A stretch of DNA of 64,000 nucleotides from Macrostomum hystrix (taxonomy: Eukaryota > Animalia > Platyhelminthes), in contig CATNEN010000001.1 in the NCBI GenBank assembly GCA_950097015.1, positions 6,076,001 through 6,140,000 of the forward strand, read 5' to 3'. The position numbers were made by a program, and so were the translations under genes. This document shows, one piece after another, positions 1 through 14,291 of this stretch; position 1 is the first letter of the stretch; every line of letters starts with the position of its first letter. The notes below the pieces were generated by a model. It saw only the letters and a program-made list of their open reading frames with translations, ran no database searches and was not told the DNA's origin.

Positions 1-3000
1 CATTCTGTAAAATCAGCTCCTCATTCTGTAAAATCAGCTCCTCATTCTGTAAAATCAGCTCCTCATTCTGTAAAATCAGCTCCCCATTCTGTAAAATCAG
101 CTCCCCATTCTGTAAAATCTGCTACCCATTCTGTAAAATCTGCTCTTGATTCTGTAAAATCAGTCCCTCATTCTGTAAAATCAGCTCCCCATTCTGTAAA
201 ATCAGCTCCCCATTCTGTAAAATCTGCTCTTGATTCTGTAAAATCAGTCCCTCATTCTGTAAAATCAGCTCCTCATTCTGTAAAATCAGCTCCTCATTCT
301 GTAAAATCAGCTCCTCATTCTGTAAAATCAGCTCCCCATTCTGTAAAATCAGCTCCTCATTCTGTAAAATCAGCTTCTCATTCTGTAAAATCAGCTCCTC
401 ATTCTGTAAAATCAGTCCCTCATTTCGTAAAATCAGCTTCTCATTCTGTAAAATCAGCTTCTCATTATGTAAAATCAGCTCCTCATTCTGTAAAATCAGC
501 TCCTCATTCTGTAAAATCAGCTCCCCATTCTGTAAAATCAGCTTCTCATTCTGTAAAATCAGCTCCTCATTCTGTAAAATCAGCTCCTCATTCTGTAAAA
601 TCAGCTTCTCATTCTGTAAAATCAGCTCCTCATTCTGTAAAATCAGCTCCTCATTCTGTAAAATCAGCTCCTCATTCTGTAAAATCAGCTCCTCATTCTG
701 TAAAATCAGCTCCTCATTCTGTAAAATCAGCTCCTCATTCTGTAAAATCAGCTCCCCATTCTGTAAAATCAGTCCCTCATTCTGTAAAATCAGCTTCTCA
801 TTCTGTAAAATCAGCTTCTCATTCTGTAAAATCAGTCCCTCATTCCGTAAAATCAGCTTCTCATTCTGTAAAATCAGCTTCTCATTCTGTAAAATCAGCT
901 CCTCATTCTGTAAAATCAGCTCCTCATTCTGTAAAATCAGCTCCCCATTCTGTAAAATCAGCTTCTCATTCTGTAAAATCAGCTCCTCATTCTGTAAAAT
1001 CAGCTCCTCATTCTGTAAAATCAGCTTCTCATTCTGTAAAATCAGCTCCTCATTCTGTAAAATCAGCTCCTCATTCTGTAAAATCATCTTCTCATTCTGT
1101 AAAATCTGCTCCTCATTCTGTAAAATCAGCTCCTCATTCTGTAAAATCAGCTCCTCATTCTGTAAAATCAGCTCCTCATTCTGTAAAATCAGCTCCTCAT
1201 TCTGTAAAATCAGCTCCTCATTCTGTAAAATCAGCTCCTCATTCTGTAAAATCAGCTCCTCATTCTGTAAAATCAGCTCCCCATTCTGTAAAATCTGCTC
1301 TTGATTCTGTAAAATCAGTCCCTCATTCTGTAAAATCAGCTCCCCATTCTGTAAAATCAGCTCCCCATTCTGTAAAATCTGCTCTTGATTCTGTAAAATC
1401 AGTCCCTCATTCTGTAAAATCAGCTCCTCATTCTGTAAAATCAGCTCCCCATTCCGTAAAATCTGCTCTTGATTCTGTAAAATCAGCTTCTCATCCTGTA
1501 AAATCAGCCACTCATTCTGTAAAATCAGCTCCCCATTCTGTAAAATCTGCTCTTGATTCTGTAAAATCAGCTCCTCATTCTGTAAAATCTGCTACCCATT
1601 CTGTAAAATCTGCTCTTGATTCTGTAAAATCAGTCCCTCATTCTGTAAAATCAGCTCCCCATTCTGTAAAATCAGCTCCCCATTCTGTAAAATCTGCTCT
1701 TGATTCTGTAAAATCAGTCCCTCATTCTGTAAAATCAGCTCCTCATTCTGTAAAATCAGCTCCTCATTCTGTAAAATCAGCTCCTCATTCTGTAAAATCA
1801 GCTCCCCATTCTGTAAAATCAGCTCCTCATTCTGTAAAATCAGCTTCTCATTCTGTAAAATCAGCTCCTCATTCTGTAAAATCAGTCCCTCATTTCGTAA
1901 AATCAGCTTCTCATTCTGTAAAATCAGCTTCTCATTCTGTAAAATCAGCTCCTCATTCTGTAAAATCAGCTCCTCATTCTGTAAAATCAGCTCCCCATTC
2001 TGTAAAATCAGCTTCTCATTCTGTAAAATCAGCTCCTCATTCTGTAAAATCAGCTCCTCATTCTGTAAAATCAGCTTCTCATTCTGTAAAATCAGCTCCT
2101 CATTCTGTAAAATCAGCTCCTCATTCTGTAAAATCAGCTCCTCATTCTGTAAAATCAGCTCCTCATTCTGTAAAATCAGCTCCCCATTCTGTAAAATCAG
2201 TCCCTCATTCTGTAAAATCAGCTTCTCATTCTGTAAAATCAGCTTCTCATTCTGTAAAATCAGTCCCTCATCCCGTAAAATCAGCTTCTCATTCTGTAAA
2301 ATCAGCTTCTCATTCTGTAAAATCAGCTCCTCATTCTGTAAAATCAGCTCCTCATTCTGTAAAATCAGCTCCCCATTCTGTAAAATCAGCTTCTCATTCT
2401 GTAAAATCAGCTCCTCATTCTGTAAAATCAGCTCCTCATTCTGTAAAATCAGCTTCTCATTCTGTAAAATCAGCTCCTCATTCTGTAAAATCAGCTCCTC
2501 ATTCTGTAAAATCAGCTCCTCATTCTGTAAAATCAGCTCCTCATTCTGTAAAATCAGCTCCTCATTCTGTAAAATCAGCTCCTCATTCTGTAAAATCAGC
2601 TCCTCATTCTGTAAAATCAGCTCCTCATTCTGTAAAATCAGCTCCCCATTCTGTAAAATCTGCTCTTGATTCTGTAAAATCAGTCCCTCATTCTGTAAAA
2701 TCAGCTCCCCATTCTGTAAAATCAGCTCCCCATTCTGTAAAATCTGCTCTTGATTCTGTAAAATCAGTCCCTCATTCTGTAAAATCAGCTCCTCATTCTG
2801 TAAAATCAGCTCCCCATTCCGTAAAATCTGCTCTTGATTCTGTAAAATCAGCTTCTCATCCTGTAAAATCAGCCACTCATTCTGTAAAATCAGCTCCCCA
2901 TTCTGTAAAATCTGCTCTTGATTCTGTAAAATCAGCTCCTCATTCTGTAAAATCAGCTCCTCATCCTGTAATATCAGCCACTCATTCTGTAAAATCAGCT

Positions 3001-6000
3001 CCTCATTCTGTAAAATCAGCCACTCATTCTGTAAAATCAGCTCCCCATTCTGTAAAATCTGCTCTTGATTCTGTAAAATCAGCTCCTCATTCTGTAAAAT
3101 CAGCTCCTCATCCTGTAATATCAGCCACTCATTCTGTAAAATCAGCTCCTCATCCTGTAATATCAGCCACTCATTCTGTAAAATCAGCTCCTCATCCTGT
3201 AAAATCAGCCACTCATTCTGTAAAATCAGCTCCTCATCCTGTAATATCAGCCACTCATTCTGTAAAATCAGCTCCTCATTCTGTAAAATCAGCCACTCAT
3301 TCTGTAAAATCAGTCCCTCATTCTGTAAAATCAGCTCCCCATTCTGTAAAATCAGCTCCCCATTCTGTAAAATCTGCTCTTGATTCTGTAAAATCAGTCC
3401 CTCATTCTGTAAAATCAGCTCCTCATTCTGTAAAATCAGCTCCCCATTCCGTAAAATCTGCTCTTGATTCTGTAAAATCAGCTTCTCATCCTGTAAAATC
3501 AGCCACTCATTCTGTAAAATCAGCTCCCCATTCTGTAAAATCTGCTCTTGATTCTGTAAAATCAGCTCCTCATTCTGTAAAATCAGCTCCTCATCCTGTA
3601 ATATCAGCCACTCATTCTGTAAAATCAGCTCCTCATCCTGTAAAATCAGCCACTCATTCTGTAAAATCAGCTCCCCATTCTGTAAAATCAGCTCCCCATT
3701 CTGTAAAATCTGCTACCCATTCTGTAAAATCTGCTCTTGATTCTGTAAAATCAGTCCCTCATTCTGTAAAATCAGCTCCCCATTCTGTAAAATCTGCTCC
3801 CCATTCTGTAAAATCTGCTCTTGATTCTGTAAAATCAGTCCCTCATTCTGTAAAATCAGCTCCTCATTCTGTAAAATCAGCTCCTCATTCTGTAAAATCA
3901 GCTCCTCATTCTGTAAAATCAGCTCCCCATTCTGTAAAATCTGCTCTTGATTCTGTAAAATCAGCTTCTCATTCTGTAAAATCAGCTCCTCATTCTGTAA
4001 AATCAGTCCCTCATTTCGTAAAATCAGCTTCTCATTCTGTAAAATCAGCTTCTCATTATGTAAAATCAGCTCCTCATTCTGTAAAATCAGCTCCTCATTC
4101 TGTAAAATCAGCTCCCCATTCTGTAAAATCAGCTTCTCATTCTGTAAAATCAGCTCCTCATTCTGTAAAATCAGCTCCTCATTCTGTAAAATCAGCTTCT
4201 CATTCTGTAAAATCAGCTCCTCATTCTGTAAAATCAGCTCCTCATTCTGTAAAATCAGCTCCTCATTCTGTAAAATCAGCTCCTCATTCTGTAAAATCAG
4301 CTCCTCATTCTGTAAAATCAGCTCCTCATTCTGTAAAATCAGCTCCCCATTCTGTAAAATCAGTCCCTCATTCTGTAAAATCAGCTTCTCATTCTGTAAA
4401 ATCAGCTTCTCATTCTGTAAAATCAGTCCCTCATTCCGTAAAATCAGCTTCTCATTCTGTAAAATCAGCTTCTCATTCTGTAAAATCAGCTCCTCATTCT
4501 GTAAAATCAGCTCCTCATTCTGTAAAATCAGCTCCCCATTCTGTAAAATCAGCTTCTCATTCTGTAAAATCAGCTCCTCATTCTGTAAAATCAGCTCCTC
4601 ATTCTGTAAAATCAGCTTCTCATTCTGTAAAATCAGCTCCTCATTCTGTAAAATCAGCTCCTCATTCTGTAAAATCATCTTCTCATTCTGTAAAATCTGC
4701 TCCTCATTCTGTAAAATCAGCTCCTCATTCTGTAAAATCAGCTCCTCATTCTGTAAAATCAGCTCCTCATTCTGTAAAATCAGCTCCTCATTCTGTAAAA
4801 TCAGCTCCTCATTCTGTAAAATCAGCTCCTCATTCTGTAAAATCAGCTCCTCATTCTGTAAAATCAGCTCCCCATTCTGTAAAATCTGCTCTTGATTCTG
4901 TAAAATCAGTCCCTCATTCTGTAAAATCAGCTCCCCATTCTGTAAAATCAGCTCCCCATTCTGTAAAATCTGCTCTTGATTCTGTAAAATCAGTCCCTCA
5001 TTCTGTAAAATCAGCTCCTCATTCTGTAAAATCAGCTCCCCATTCCGTAAAATCTGCTCTTGATTCTGTAAAATCAGCTTCTCATCCTGTAAAATCAGCC
5101 ACTCATTCTGTAAAATCAGCTCCCCATTCTGTAAAATCTGCTCTTGATTCTGTAAAATCAGCTCCTCATTCTGTAAAATCAGCTCCCCATTCTGTAAAAT
5201 CTGCTCTTGATTCTGTAAAATCAGTCCCTCATTCTGTAAAATCAGCTCCCCATTCTGTAAAATCAGCTCCCCATTCTGTAAAATCTGCTCTTGATTCTGT
5301 AAAATCAGTCCCTCATTCTGTAAAATCAGCTCCTCATTCTGTAAAATCAGCTCCTCATTCTGTAAAATCAGCTCCTCATTCTGTAAAATCAGCTCCCCAT
5401 TCTGTAAAATCAGCTCCTCATTCTGTAAAATCAGCTTCTCATTCTGTAAAATCAGCTCCTCATTCTGTAAAATCAGTCCCTCATTTCGTAAAATCAGCTT
5501 CTCATTCTGTAAAATCAGCTTCTCATTCTGTAAAATCAGCTCCTCATTCTGTAAAATCAGCTCCTCATTCTGTAAAATCAGCTCCCCATTCTGTAAAATC
5601 AGCTTCTCATTCTGTAAATCAGCTCCTCATTCGTAAAATCAGCTCCCTCATTCTGTAAAATCAGCTTCTCATTCTGTAAATCAGCTCCTCATTCTGTAAA
5701 ATCAGCTCCTCATTCTGTAAAATCAGCTCCTCATTCTGTAAAATCAGCTCCTCATTCTGTAAAATCAGCTTCCCCATTCTGTAAAATCAGTCCCTCATTC
5801 TGTAAAATCAGCTCTCATTCTGTAAAATCAGAAATCAGCTCCTCATTCTGTAAATCAGCTCCCCATTCTGTAAAATCAGTCCCATTTCTGTAAAATCAGT
5901 CCCTCATTCTGTAAAATCAGCTTCTCATTCTGTAAAATCAGCTTCTCATTCTGTAAAATCAGTCCCTCATCCCGTAAAATCAGCTTCTCATTCTGTAAAA

Positions 6001-7870
6001 TCAGCTTCTCATTCTGTAAAATCAGCTCCTCATTCTGTAAAATCAGCTCCTCATTCTGTAAAATCAGCTCCCCATTCTGTAAAATCAGCTTCTCATTCTG
6101 TAAAATCAGCTCTCATTCTGTAAAATCAGCTCCTCATTCTGTAAAATCAGCTTCTCATTCTGTAAAATCAGCTCCTCATTCTGTAAAATCAGCTCCTCAT
6201 TCTGTAAAATCAGCTCCTCATTCTGTAAAATCAGCTCCTCATTCTGTAAAATCAGCTCCTCATTCTGTAAAATCAGCTCCTCATTCTGTAAAATCAGCTC
6301 CTCATTCTGTAAAATCAGCTCCTCATTCTGTAAAATCAGCTCCCCATTCTGTAAAATCTGCTCTTGATTCTGTAAAATCAGTCCCTCATTCTGTAAAATC
6401 AGCTCCCCATTCTGTAAAATCAGCTCCCCATTCTGTAAAATCTGCTCTTGATTCTGTAAAATCAGTCCCTCATTCTGTAAAATCAGCTCCTCATTCTGTA
6501 AAATCAGCTCCCCATTCCGTAAAATCTGCTCTTGATTCTGTAAAATCAGCTTCTCATCCTGTAAAATCAGCCACTCATTCTGTAAAATCAGCTCCCCATT
6601 CTGTAAAATCTGCTCTTGATTCTGTAAAATCAGCTCCTCATTCTGTAAAATCAGCTCCTCATCCTGTAATATCAGCCACTCATTCTGTAAAATCAGCTCC
6701 TCATTCTGTAAAATCAGCCACTCATTCTGTAAAATCAGCTCCCCATTCTGTAAAATCTGCTCTTGATTCTGTAAAATCAGCTCCTCATTCTGTAAAATCA
6801 GCTCCTCATCCTGTAATATCAGCCACTCATTCTGTAAAATCAGCTCCTCATCCTGTAATATCAGCCACTCATTCTGTAAAATCAGCTCCTCATCCTGTAA
6901 AATCAGCCACTCATTCTGTAAAATCAGCTCCTCATCCTGTAATATCAGCCACTCATTCTGTAAAATCAGCTCCTCATTCTGTAAAATCAGCCACTCATTC
7001 TGTAAAATCAGTCCCTCATTCTGTAAAATCAGCTCCCCATTCTGTAAAATCAGCTCCCCATTCTGTAAAATCTGCTCTTGATTCTGTAAAATCAGTCCCT
7101 CATTCTGTAAAATCAGCTCCTCATTCTGTAAAATCAGCTCCCCATTCCGTAAAATCTGCTCTTGATTCTGTAAAATCAGCTTCTCATCCTGTAAAATCAG
7201 CCACTCATTCTGTAAAATCAGCTCCCCATTCTGTAAAATCTGCTCTTGATTCTGTAAAATCAGCTCCTCATTCTGTAAAATCAGCTCCTCATCCTGTAAT
7301 ATCAGCCACTCATTCTGTAAAATCAGCTCCTCATCCTGTAAAATCAGCCACTCATTCTGTAAAATCAGCTCCTCATCCTGTAATATCAGCCACTCATTCT
7401 GTAAAATCAGCTCCTCATCCTGTAAAATCAGCCACTCATTCTGTAAAATCAGCTCCTCATCCTGTAATATCAGCCACTCATTCTGTAAAATCAGCTCCTC
7501 ATCCTGTAATATCAGCCACTCATTCTGTAAAATCAGCTCCTCATCCTGTAATATCAGCCACTCATTCTGTAAAATCAGCCACTCATTCTGTAAAATCAGC
7601 TTCTCATTCTGTAAAATCAGCCACTCATTCTGTAAAATCAGCCACTCATTCTGTAAAATCAGCTCCTCATTCTGTAAAATCAGCCACTCATTCTGTAAAA
7701 TCAGCTCCTCATTCTGTAAAATCAGCTCCTCATTCTGTAAAATCAGCTTCTCATTCTGTAAAATCAGCCACTCATTCTGTAAAATCAGCCACTCATTCTG
7801 TAAAATCAGCTCCTCATTCTGTAAAATCAGCCACTCATTCTGTAAAATCAGCCACTCATTCTGTAAAATC
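1..7870. repeat. 21-bp minisatellite/satellite array (CATTCTGTAAAATCAGCTCCT) with higher-order structure
   Basis: Continuous 21-bp period, running off the left edge. The rare variant GCTACCC recurs at 121, 1591 and 3712; ATCATCT recurs near 1083 and 4674 (offset 3591 = 171 x 21). ORFs 122..1087 and 3713..4678 are translations of the repeat. Confidence 0.98.
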
Positions 7871-8208
7871 GGGCCTTCATTCGGTTAAATTTTGCTTATC
7901 GATTATTCAACCTCGATCTGAGATTTTCAACCCCTGAAGGACACGCACGTCAATCTCAGAGTGTTAAGTGTACCATATGCTTTTCGTTCAACCTTTTTGA
8001 AGCTCTCGCCATGATTGTAATGCAGTTTCAGAGGCTAATCGACCATTTTTTACCTCTTACCCGATCAATGCAGCATGCAGGAAGGAAGGAATGGATTGAG
8101 AAAGTCAATACTTCTAAAGCTTTTCGCTTTTTTTCTGCCAAAAGGAACAGTAAACAAGAAATGCACTGCATTTTTAGTCGTGAATTATCTTTAGCAAGTC
8201 TAGCAAAA

Positions 8209-8670
8209 ATGCAATCTCGATCAGTGTACTCAATCAGCTGGTGCAATCTCAATCAGTGTGCTCAATCAGCTGATGCGATCTCAATCAGTGTGCTCAATCA
8301 GCTGATGCGATCTCAATCAGTGTGCTCAATCAGCTGGTGCAATCTCAATCAGTGTGCTCAATCAGCTGGTGCAATCTCAATCAGTGTGCTCAATCAGCTG
8401 GTGCAATCTCAATCAGTGTGCTCAATCAGCTGGTGCAATCTCAATCAGTGTGCTCAATCAGCTGGTGCAATCTCAATCAGTGTGCTCAATCAGTGTGCTC
8501 AATCAGTGTGCTCAATCAGCTGGTGCAATCTCAATCAGTGTGCTCAATCAGCTGGTGCAATCTCAATCAGTGTGCTCAATCAGTGTGCTCAATCAGTGTG
8601 CTCAATCAGCTGGTGCAATCTCAATCAGTGTGCTCAATCAGCTGATGGAATCTCGATCAGTGTGCTCAAT
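8209..8670. repeat. 32-bp tandem repeat (GCTCAATCAGCTGGTGCAATCTCAATCAGTGT) with 14-bp sub-repeats
   Basis: Direct periodicity. ORFs 8011, 8322 and 8354 are its translations in three frames. Confidence 0.95.
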
Positions 8671-8803
8671 GAGATAATGCATTCAGAAATAATGTTCTCA
8701 ACCATGTGGTTGATGTTAACGGTTTTTAGGTTTTAAGAGACAAAACAATATTATGTATTATATGAATCCTTATTTTTCAACCTTCTCAATTTGCAAACAA
8801 CAG

Positions 8804-11800
8804 CTAAGAACTTCACTTACAAAAACTGCACGGACAACTCAAGTGGCTCGTCATCAGTTCAGTACCAGCCGTTCAGTCGCGTGCTTTTCGCCAACTGCTC
8901 TGCGGGCTGTTACATCTCAGGCAGCAACTATAGTCGGATTAGCTACAACCTGAGTTGCAGCTGGAATGGAACGCTCATTACTCAACCGCCTGATGTCATC
9001 TGCCGACGTTATCCAGTTTGTCCGACAACTTCCCTGCCAACGTCGCTGCCCGCTAGCGGAATTCGACTGGGACTACCTTCGCAGGTGCAAAATCCGGCTC
9101 GAAATGGTATTGAATTTCCTCCTGGAACTATTGTGTCCATGGGTTGCTCGTCCGGCGATTGCTTAGAAGGCGGCAGCACCAATGCCACTGGCCGTAGAGA
9201 TGTGATGATCTGCGTCGATGACGCCTCTGGCGGAGGCAACGAAACAGGAAATTCAACAATGAGCAGCGAACCTAGCGAATTCGGCGCCAGTTGGAGATGG
9301 CTGGCTGGGGAAGAAGCGGTGCGTGGGGTGGTGGGTGCTGTGATGTGGTGGGTGCTGTGGGGTGGTGGGTGCTGTGGAGTGGTGGGTGCTGTGGGTTGGT
9401 GGGTGCTGTGGAGTGGTGGGTGGTGGGTGCTGTTGGGTGCTGTTAAGTGATGGATGATGTGGAGTGGTGGGTGCTGTGGGGTGGTGGATGCTGCAAATTC
9501 TGGGACTTCAATGTCTCAAATTTTCTCCACAGAGTCTGAGCTGTTTGAAACCGGCGTGCTACGGGAATGATATTCAGGAGCTGGTGAGCCTTCTCATTGG
9601 GTCGAGAAACGCCGTCACAAATGTTGGCTACATTCGGGATAACAGCAGTTTTGATGCAGATTTCCTGTGAGCGTTCACTTACCTTTCGCTCAGTCTCTGT
9701 ATAATAGACAACCTGCGTTGACTACCTTATTCATGTTGTATTTCAGACAGCTGATTAATCTTCAGCCAAGCATGACAAACTTCTTAAGTAAGATTGCTAA
9801 AGTGATCGTTGTGTGAAAATTCGATTTGAATGACAGTGTTTAAAAAATATCATTTCAGACAAGCGCTTTCCAGCCGGTGGTTTTATCACCTTTCGCTGCA
9901 ACCCTCCGTACTTTCAAAACTCCACCGTGGGACAGGATAGCATTGCTTGCACCTGTTCGGGTTGGCAAATCAGCGCCACGGAGTTCAGTTGCGACAGTGA
10001 GTCGATTCCAGGAAACTGAGGCTTGCTTGTTCGTTGTTGTTGTTCTAAAATTAGTTGCTACGAGAGTGGATGATTGTGAAAGACCATGAGAACACTGCTA
10101 GAAATGGGTTTGATTGGACTGAGTGCGTTTGGGTGCTAAGGTAAGAGAGATTGACAACTTAGGTCGTGCGGCTGGAGGCTGGAGGCTACCTACTCTTATG
10201 AAAAGTGTCGAGTGATGGCAATCTGATAAGTTCCTTGTTTCTCTTTTAGGAATTTATCACTTCCAGCAACTGCTGGCCGGGTGCCCCAGTAACACCCTTG
10301 TGGAGTGTGTTCCTTCTTACCAGCTCTGGTAGGTTCTACCACGAGTCTGGCGCTTACCCTTTGTAGTATAATCAATGGAATCACACGTCTGTGATTACGC
10401 TTTAATCGTTGGTTTAACGATTACTTGGAGAGGTTTAACTTAGCTCAAGAAAAGCCGTCTAATTAATACATAATTAATGAGGATAACTCAAGGAATTATT
10501 ACCACAAGTCTTGGACCTGGAGTCCGATCCACTTCAAATTCTTCTCTCCGTTTTCTCTTCTCGGCGAGACTCTGAATCTGGGCTCGCCTCGGAGTTCTTG
10601 TATTTATAGAGAATCGGACCCTCTCGGGTTCGATGAGTGCGTTCAAAGTACAGGTGTCAAACTGGTGTCAAAAAGTCTGGGTCAACGCTTGACAACTTGA
10701 GAGGATAGACTTTTTTACAACTAAACTAGTAGAAGCGCAAAAAGATGGATTATCGCTTTCTTGATTTGAGAAATTTGATTTGATACCATTAATAGTAGTC
10801 ACATGACTTTTGATTGATTTGTTTCTCCTTTTTTGGTAAAATTAATCACATGCTGCACTTCTAAAAAGTACTTTCTAAGTACTTTCTAAAGCTGTACTTT
10901 CTAAAAAGACTACTAAGCGGATGAGTAGAGTAGTGAGCGCATTATTAGTTAAAATAAATATTACCGTAATTCTACACTCTACAAATCTTGACTTGTTCAG
11001 GTGACAGAATACATTAATTGAATTTTCATTGTATCGAGAATGCACTTGCAGTTCTGATTAGCGAAATTGAAATAACAAAATTTCAAATGGATTTATATTG
11101 GGACATCAAGTCCATCCCTTCTCGGCTTGGTGAACTAAAGCACAAAGGATCTTTTAGACCAGTGGTTTCAGGATTTGAATTCTGACCGAGAGAGACCTGT
11201 GACCTTTAGCAAGACAGTCCATTCCACCGATGATTTATCGTTAGCCCAGCTATAAATACTTCCACATTCTCTCTGTGCTTTTTTACGCTCGCACGCCCTC
11301 TTATTGTACTTTCTCCTCTCTCCCTCTATCTGATCAACTTCTTAAATTCTCTTTCCTTTGCCTCGTCTCTGATTGGCTAGCTGCTCGTCTAGCTCGTCTC
11401 GTCCTCACCCCCTCTGGCCCGCCCTTACCCGTGTAGCCCATCTGCCCCTCCTTATCTTTGGTTAGATTCTCAGTCTAAAGACTCTGGATTTGTTAGTTTT
11501 TGATTCATTCGATCAGTGCCGTAAACACCGGCTCTTACTGTCAAGACAAAGTTTATTTTAAGTCTTCATATCGATATTACACGCCACGCAAGAATGGCAT
11601 GTACATACCAGCCTACTCACAGTAGCTCATAATGAAAGCAAAAACTTTTTTTCTTCACTAAAATGGCTTTTTAGGGGCCATCTATAGCTATCAGTTTGAA
11701 GTTTGAAGCTCTAAAAATAGGATTGGAATCGATTGCAATAAAAAATGACAACTTCAAGCCAACGAGAAAAATCGCTTTGAAACCTATTCCCCAAACAATG

Positions 11801-12780
11801 TTCAGGACACTGCCCAACCACTCATACTGGGCTAGGATCCAACAGCTGTCACGCAGGTAAATATTACACCTCCGACAACAACACCCTGACCAAGTACCAG
11901 CCAGTGGGCCAGTGCGAAATCACCTGCCACCCGGACTGGATGCTCAACCGACAGCTGGCACCTGAGAACATGGAGCAGCTGACACTGGCGACTGGAAATG
12001 AATCCAGAAGCCTAACGCTGGAGTGCTTGGACAACAGGACATTGGCGGGAATACCACAAGGCTTTGATCCACAAGCTGTGTGCGAGAGGAAGCCTTGTAT
12101 CAACTCCAGCCTGGTTGTGCCCGATGGCTCCCAATTGGCTCTGAGGAACTTCACCGAGCTGTACAACTCCCAGGTTGGTTGGTGGTTGGCAAGAATTACT
12201 GCTCGTAACAGAGACTAGTGTGATTTCCCATGGCAGAGCAATAATTGGGCCAAGTGACTGATACCAAAATTAGTCACACGAGCGGGGCATTTAAAATTAT
12301 CTGTAGCATTAAAAATCAGCATTATCTCAGCAGTGCAATTATAAAATGCGGTAAAAACGTTAGGCGTCAAGTTTTTTTTCACGAACCGCACTTCAACGCC
12401 TCGCAACCAGGAGAAAGTGTTCTTCCAGTGCGACTCAGCCTACCAGTGCAGCGACTCAGTCAACATCATCAAGAAGTGCAACATCGGCCCGTCCGACTGG
12501 CGCATTGTGAGCATTCGACATGGCTGCGCCAATCCGAACACCTGCCAGCTCAGAGACAGTCACAAGTTCGATGCCAGTATTGTGCAGACTAAGCCACCTG
12601 TTTGCATTCAGTGTGGAACCTACACTTTCACCAATTGGACCGTCGACTCGCTGATACCCTTGAATCAGCTGATTGAGTACAAATGTGTCTACGACCGCTA
12701 CCAGAACCATTCAGGCCTGATGCAGTGCCAGTGCGACGGCTTCTATAATGTCAGTGCGATCGATTTTCTGTGCGTTCCCG
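8804..12780 (+). CDS. Multi-exon Sushi/CCP-domain, cysteine-rich extracellular glycoprotein (partial). Exons 8804-9318, 9533-9666, 9747-9787, 9859-9996, 11806-12173, 12411-12780
   Basis: Six exons with AG/GT boundaries whose phases join in frame. Sushi-like patterns include FPAGGFITFRCNPPY...IACTCSGW...FSC and EFPPGTIVSMGC...MIC...W, with many N-x-S/T sites. Possible short terminal exon at 13087-13124. The 5' end was not found. Confidence 0.8.
9325..9492. repeat. GT-rich intronic tandem repeat (GTGGTGGGTGCTGTG-like)
   Basis: Degenerate ~18-bp units inside intron 9319-9532. Confidence 0.8.
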
Positions 12781-13900
12781 GTGAGTCGCTGGTTTAATAC
12801 CCTGGGATGCCTGTCTTGCAAATGCTTTGTATATTGTAGCCTCGGATGTTGGTAAGTAATGGTGAGTTCGTTATTTCTTATTTGTGACCTTTTTGCCACA
12901 AAAGATCATGTACCCTCTAGTAGATTGACAGGAGTCAAATGAGTTAAGTTTCATCAGCCTTCATCTGTGTAAGAAAATAAACTATAAACTGAACTGAAAA
13001 TCTTTCACATTTGCTCTCAATCTATACAAAAGTGAATACAATTTATATTATTTCTATTTTTTTCATAATTTCATCCAACCCTACAGAAATGGACGAAATG
13101 CTTTCTTACAGTCCAATTTTTTAAGTTGTGCTTGTTGGAGTTAAATAGCAAGTGTAAGCCTTGCAAATACGCTTCAGAACATTGTATTTGCATGGCTCAC
13201 ATGATTCGCGTACACGACGAGGCGTCCGTGGATCGATACGGCCTAGGAATGTGAGGAAGAAGTTCGGCGAGCGTTCGCTGGGGAGCGTGTGCGTGTGGGA
13301 CAAAGAAACAGCTGCCCCTGTGTTAGCAATCTCCCAGCGTTTCTCCCTCTCTCCCCATTCTGCCTCTGTTGTGCGCGCTGCTTGAATTTAAATACACTGG
13401 AAGCGAGAGGCAGAGCTTCGCTGCCGCTTTTCATGTGACTCCGGAGTCCACACAGAAACGGGCCTCTGGCCCGTGGAGCGTTTATCTCTCTGTTGCTGTG
13501 GCAGAAGGTAACAGGAAGACAAAACTTTCCTGATATAGCAAGAGAAATCACAAACTAGGTGAAAAATTCTTATCTCGCTACTGAAAGTCGAAGATTATCA
13601 ACAAATGAGCAGTTAGGACACTGTCTTGCTGCCTCTCGCTTCCTATTCCTCGCTTCATATTTAATGTCAAACAGCGCGCATGTGCAGATGCAGAATGGGG
13701 AGAGGGAGAACCGCAAAAAAGTCGTAAAATTTTGTTCGAAAAAGTCGTACTTTTGTCGAAGAAGTGAAGAAATCGGAAGAAGTCGGGTTTTATGTCAGAA
13801 AAAAGGCGGATAAATTTCTCGGTCATTCACATGAGAATATTGTGGAAGGAAGCGAATGTGAGAACGAGACTAGGGACCACGGAGAGCGATTACTAGTCCT

Positions 13901-14290
13901 GACAACAACAACATAGTACGCTGTCAGTGTCTAGTACAGCGTCACAGGGCGCGCTTGAGGGCCTGGGCGCGAACGAAGGCCGCGCCACCGGCAGAGTCCG
14001 GAGCGCCGGCATCATCCAGCAGGCAGTCGACGTAGCGCCGGGTACGCGCCTGTCCTCGCCGGTAGGGTGCTTGTACCGTGAGCAGCAGGACCTCCTGCGC
14101 CGGATCTGGGCAGTACGACTCGGCGCGGATGACGTGGCCTGCGAGCTGGAGTCGCCGATGGCGCAGAAGTACGCTTGGCCGGGCCAGGCCGGCGCGGCGG
14201 TAGAGTGCCGTATTGGAGACTCGCTGGTCGCCGATCTTGAAGGCAGCGCGCAGCAGGCCAGCGTGCGTGCAAGGCATCCCGTCTGCTTGA
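13901..14290 (-). mobile_element. 3' fragment of an RTE-like non-LTR retrotransposon
   Basis: Minus ORF 13942..14277 (RVSNTALYRRAG...RRLQLAGHVIR...RRG..RTRRYVD) matches the C-terminus of RTE-type ORF2. A short (TTG)n tail lies at 13901-13913, and the segment is abruptly GC-rich. Confidence 0.7.
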
Positions 14291-14291
14291 C

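Noticed and set aside
122-4678. Two 321-aa LILQNEE-repeat ORFs as real genes
   Set aside because: They are translations of the 21-bp satellite. The ATG is a single repeat variant and there is no unique flanking coding sequence.
8011-8736. Cys-rich ORFs in three frames
   Set aside because: Artefacts of the 32-bp tandem repeat.
10030-11610. Possible solo LTR(s) in the Sushi-gene intron (TATA boxes at ~10601 minus and ~11251 plus)
   Set aside because: No matching termini with a TSD and no second copy in the window, so boundaries cannot be supported.
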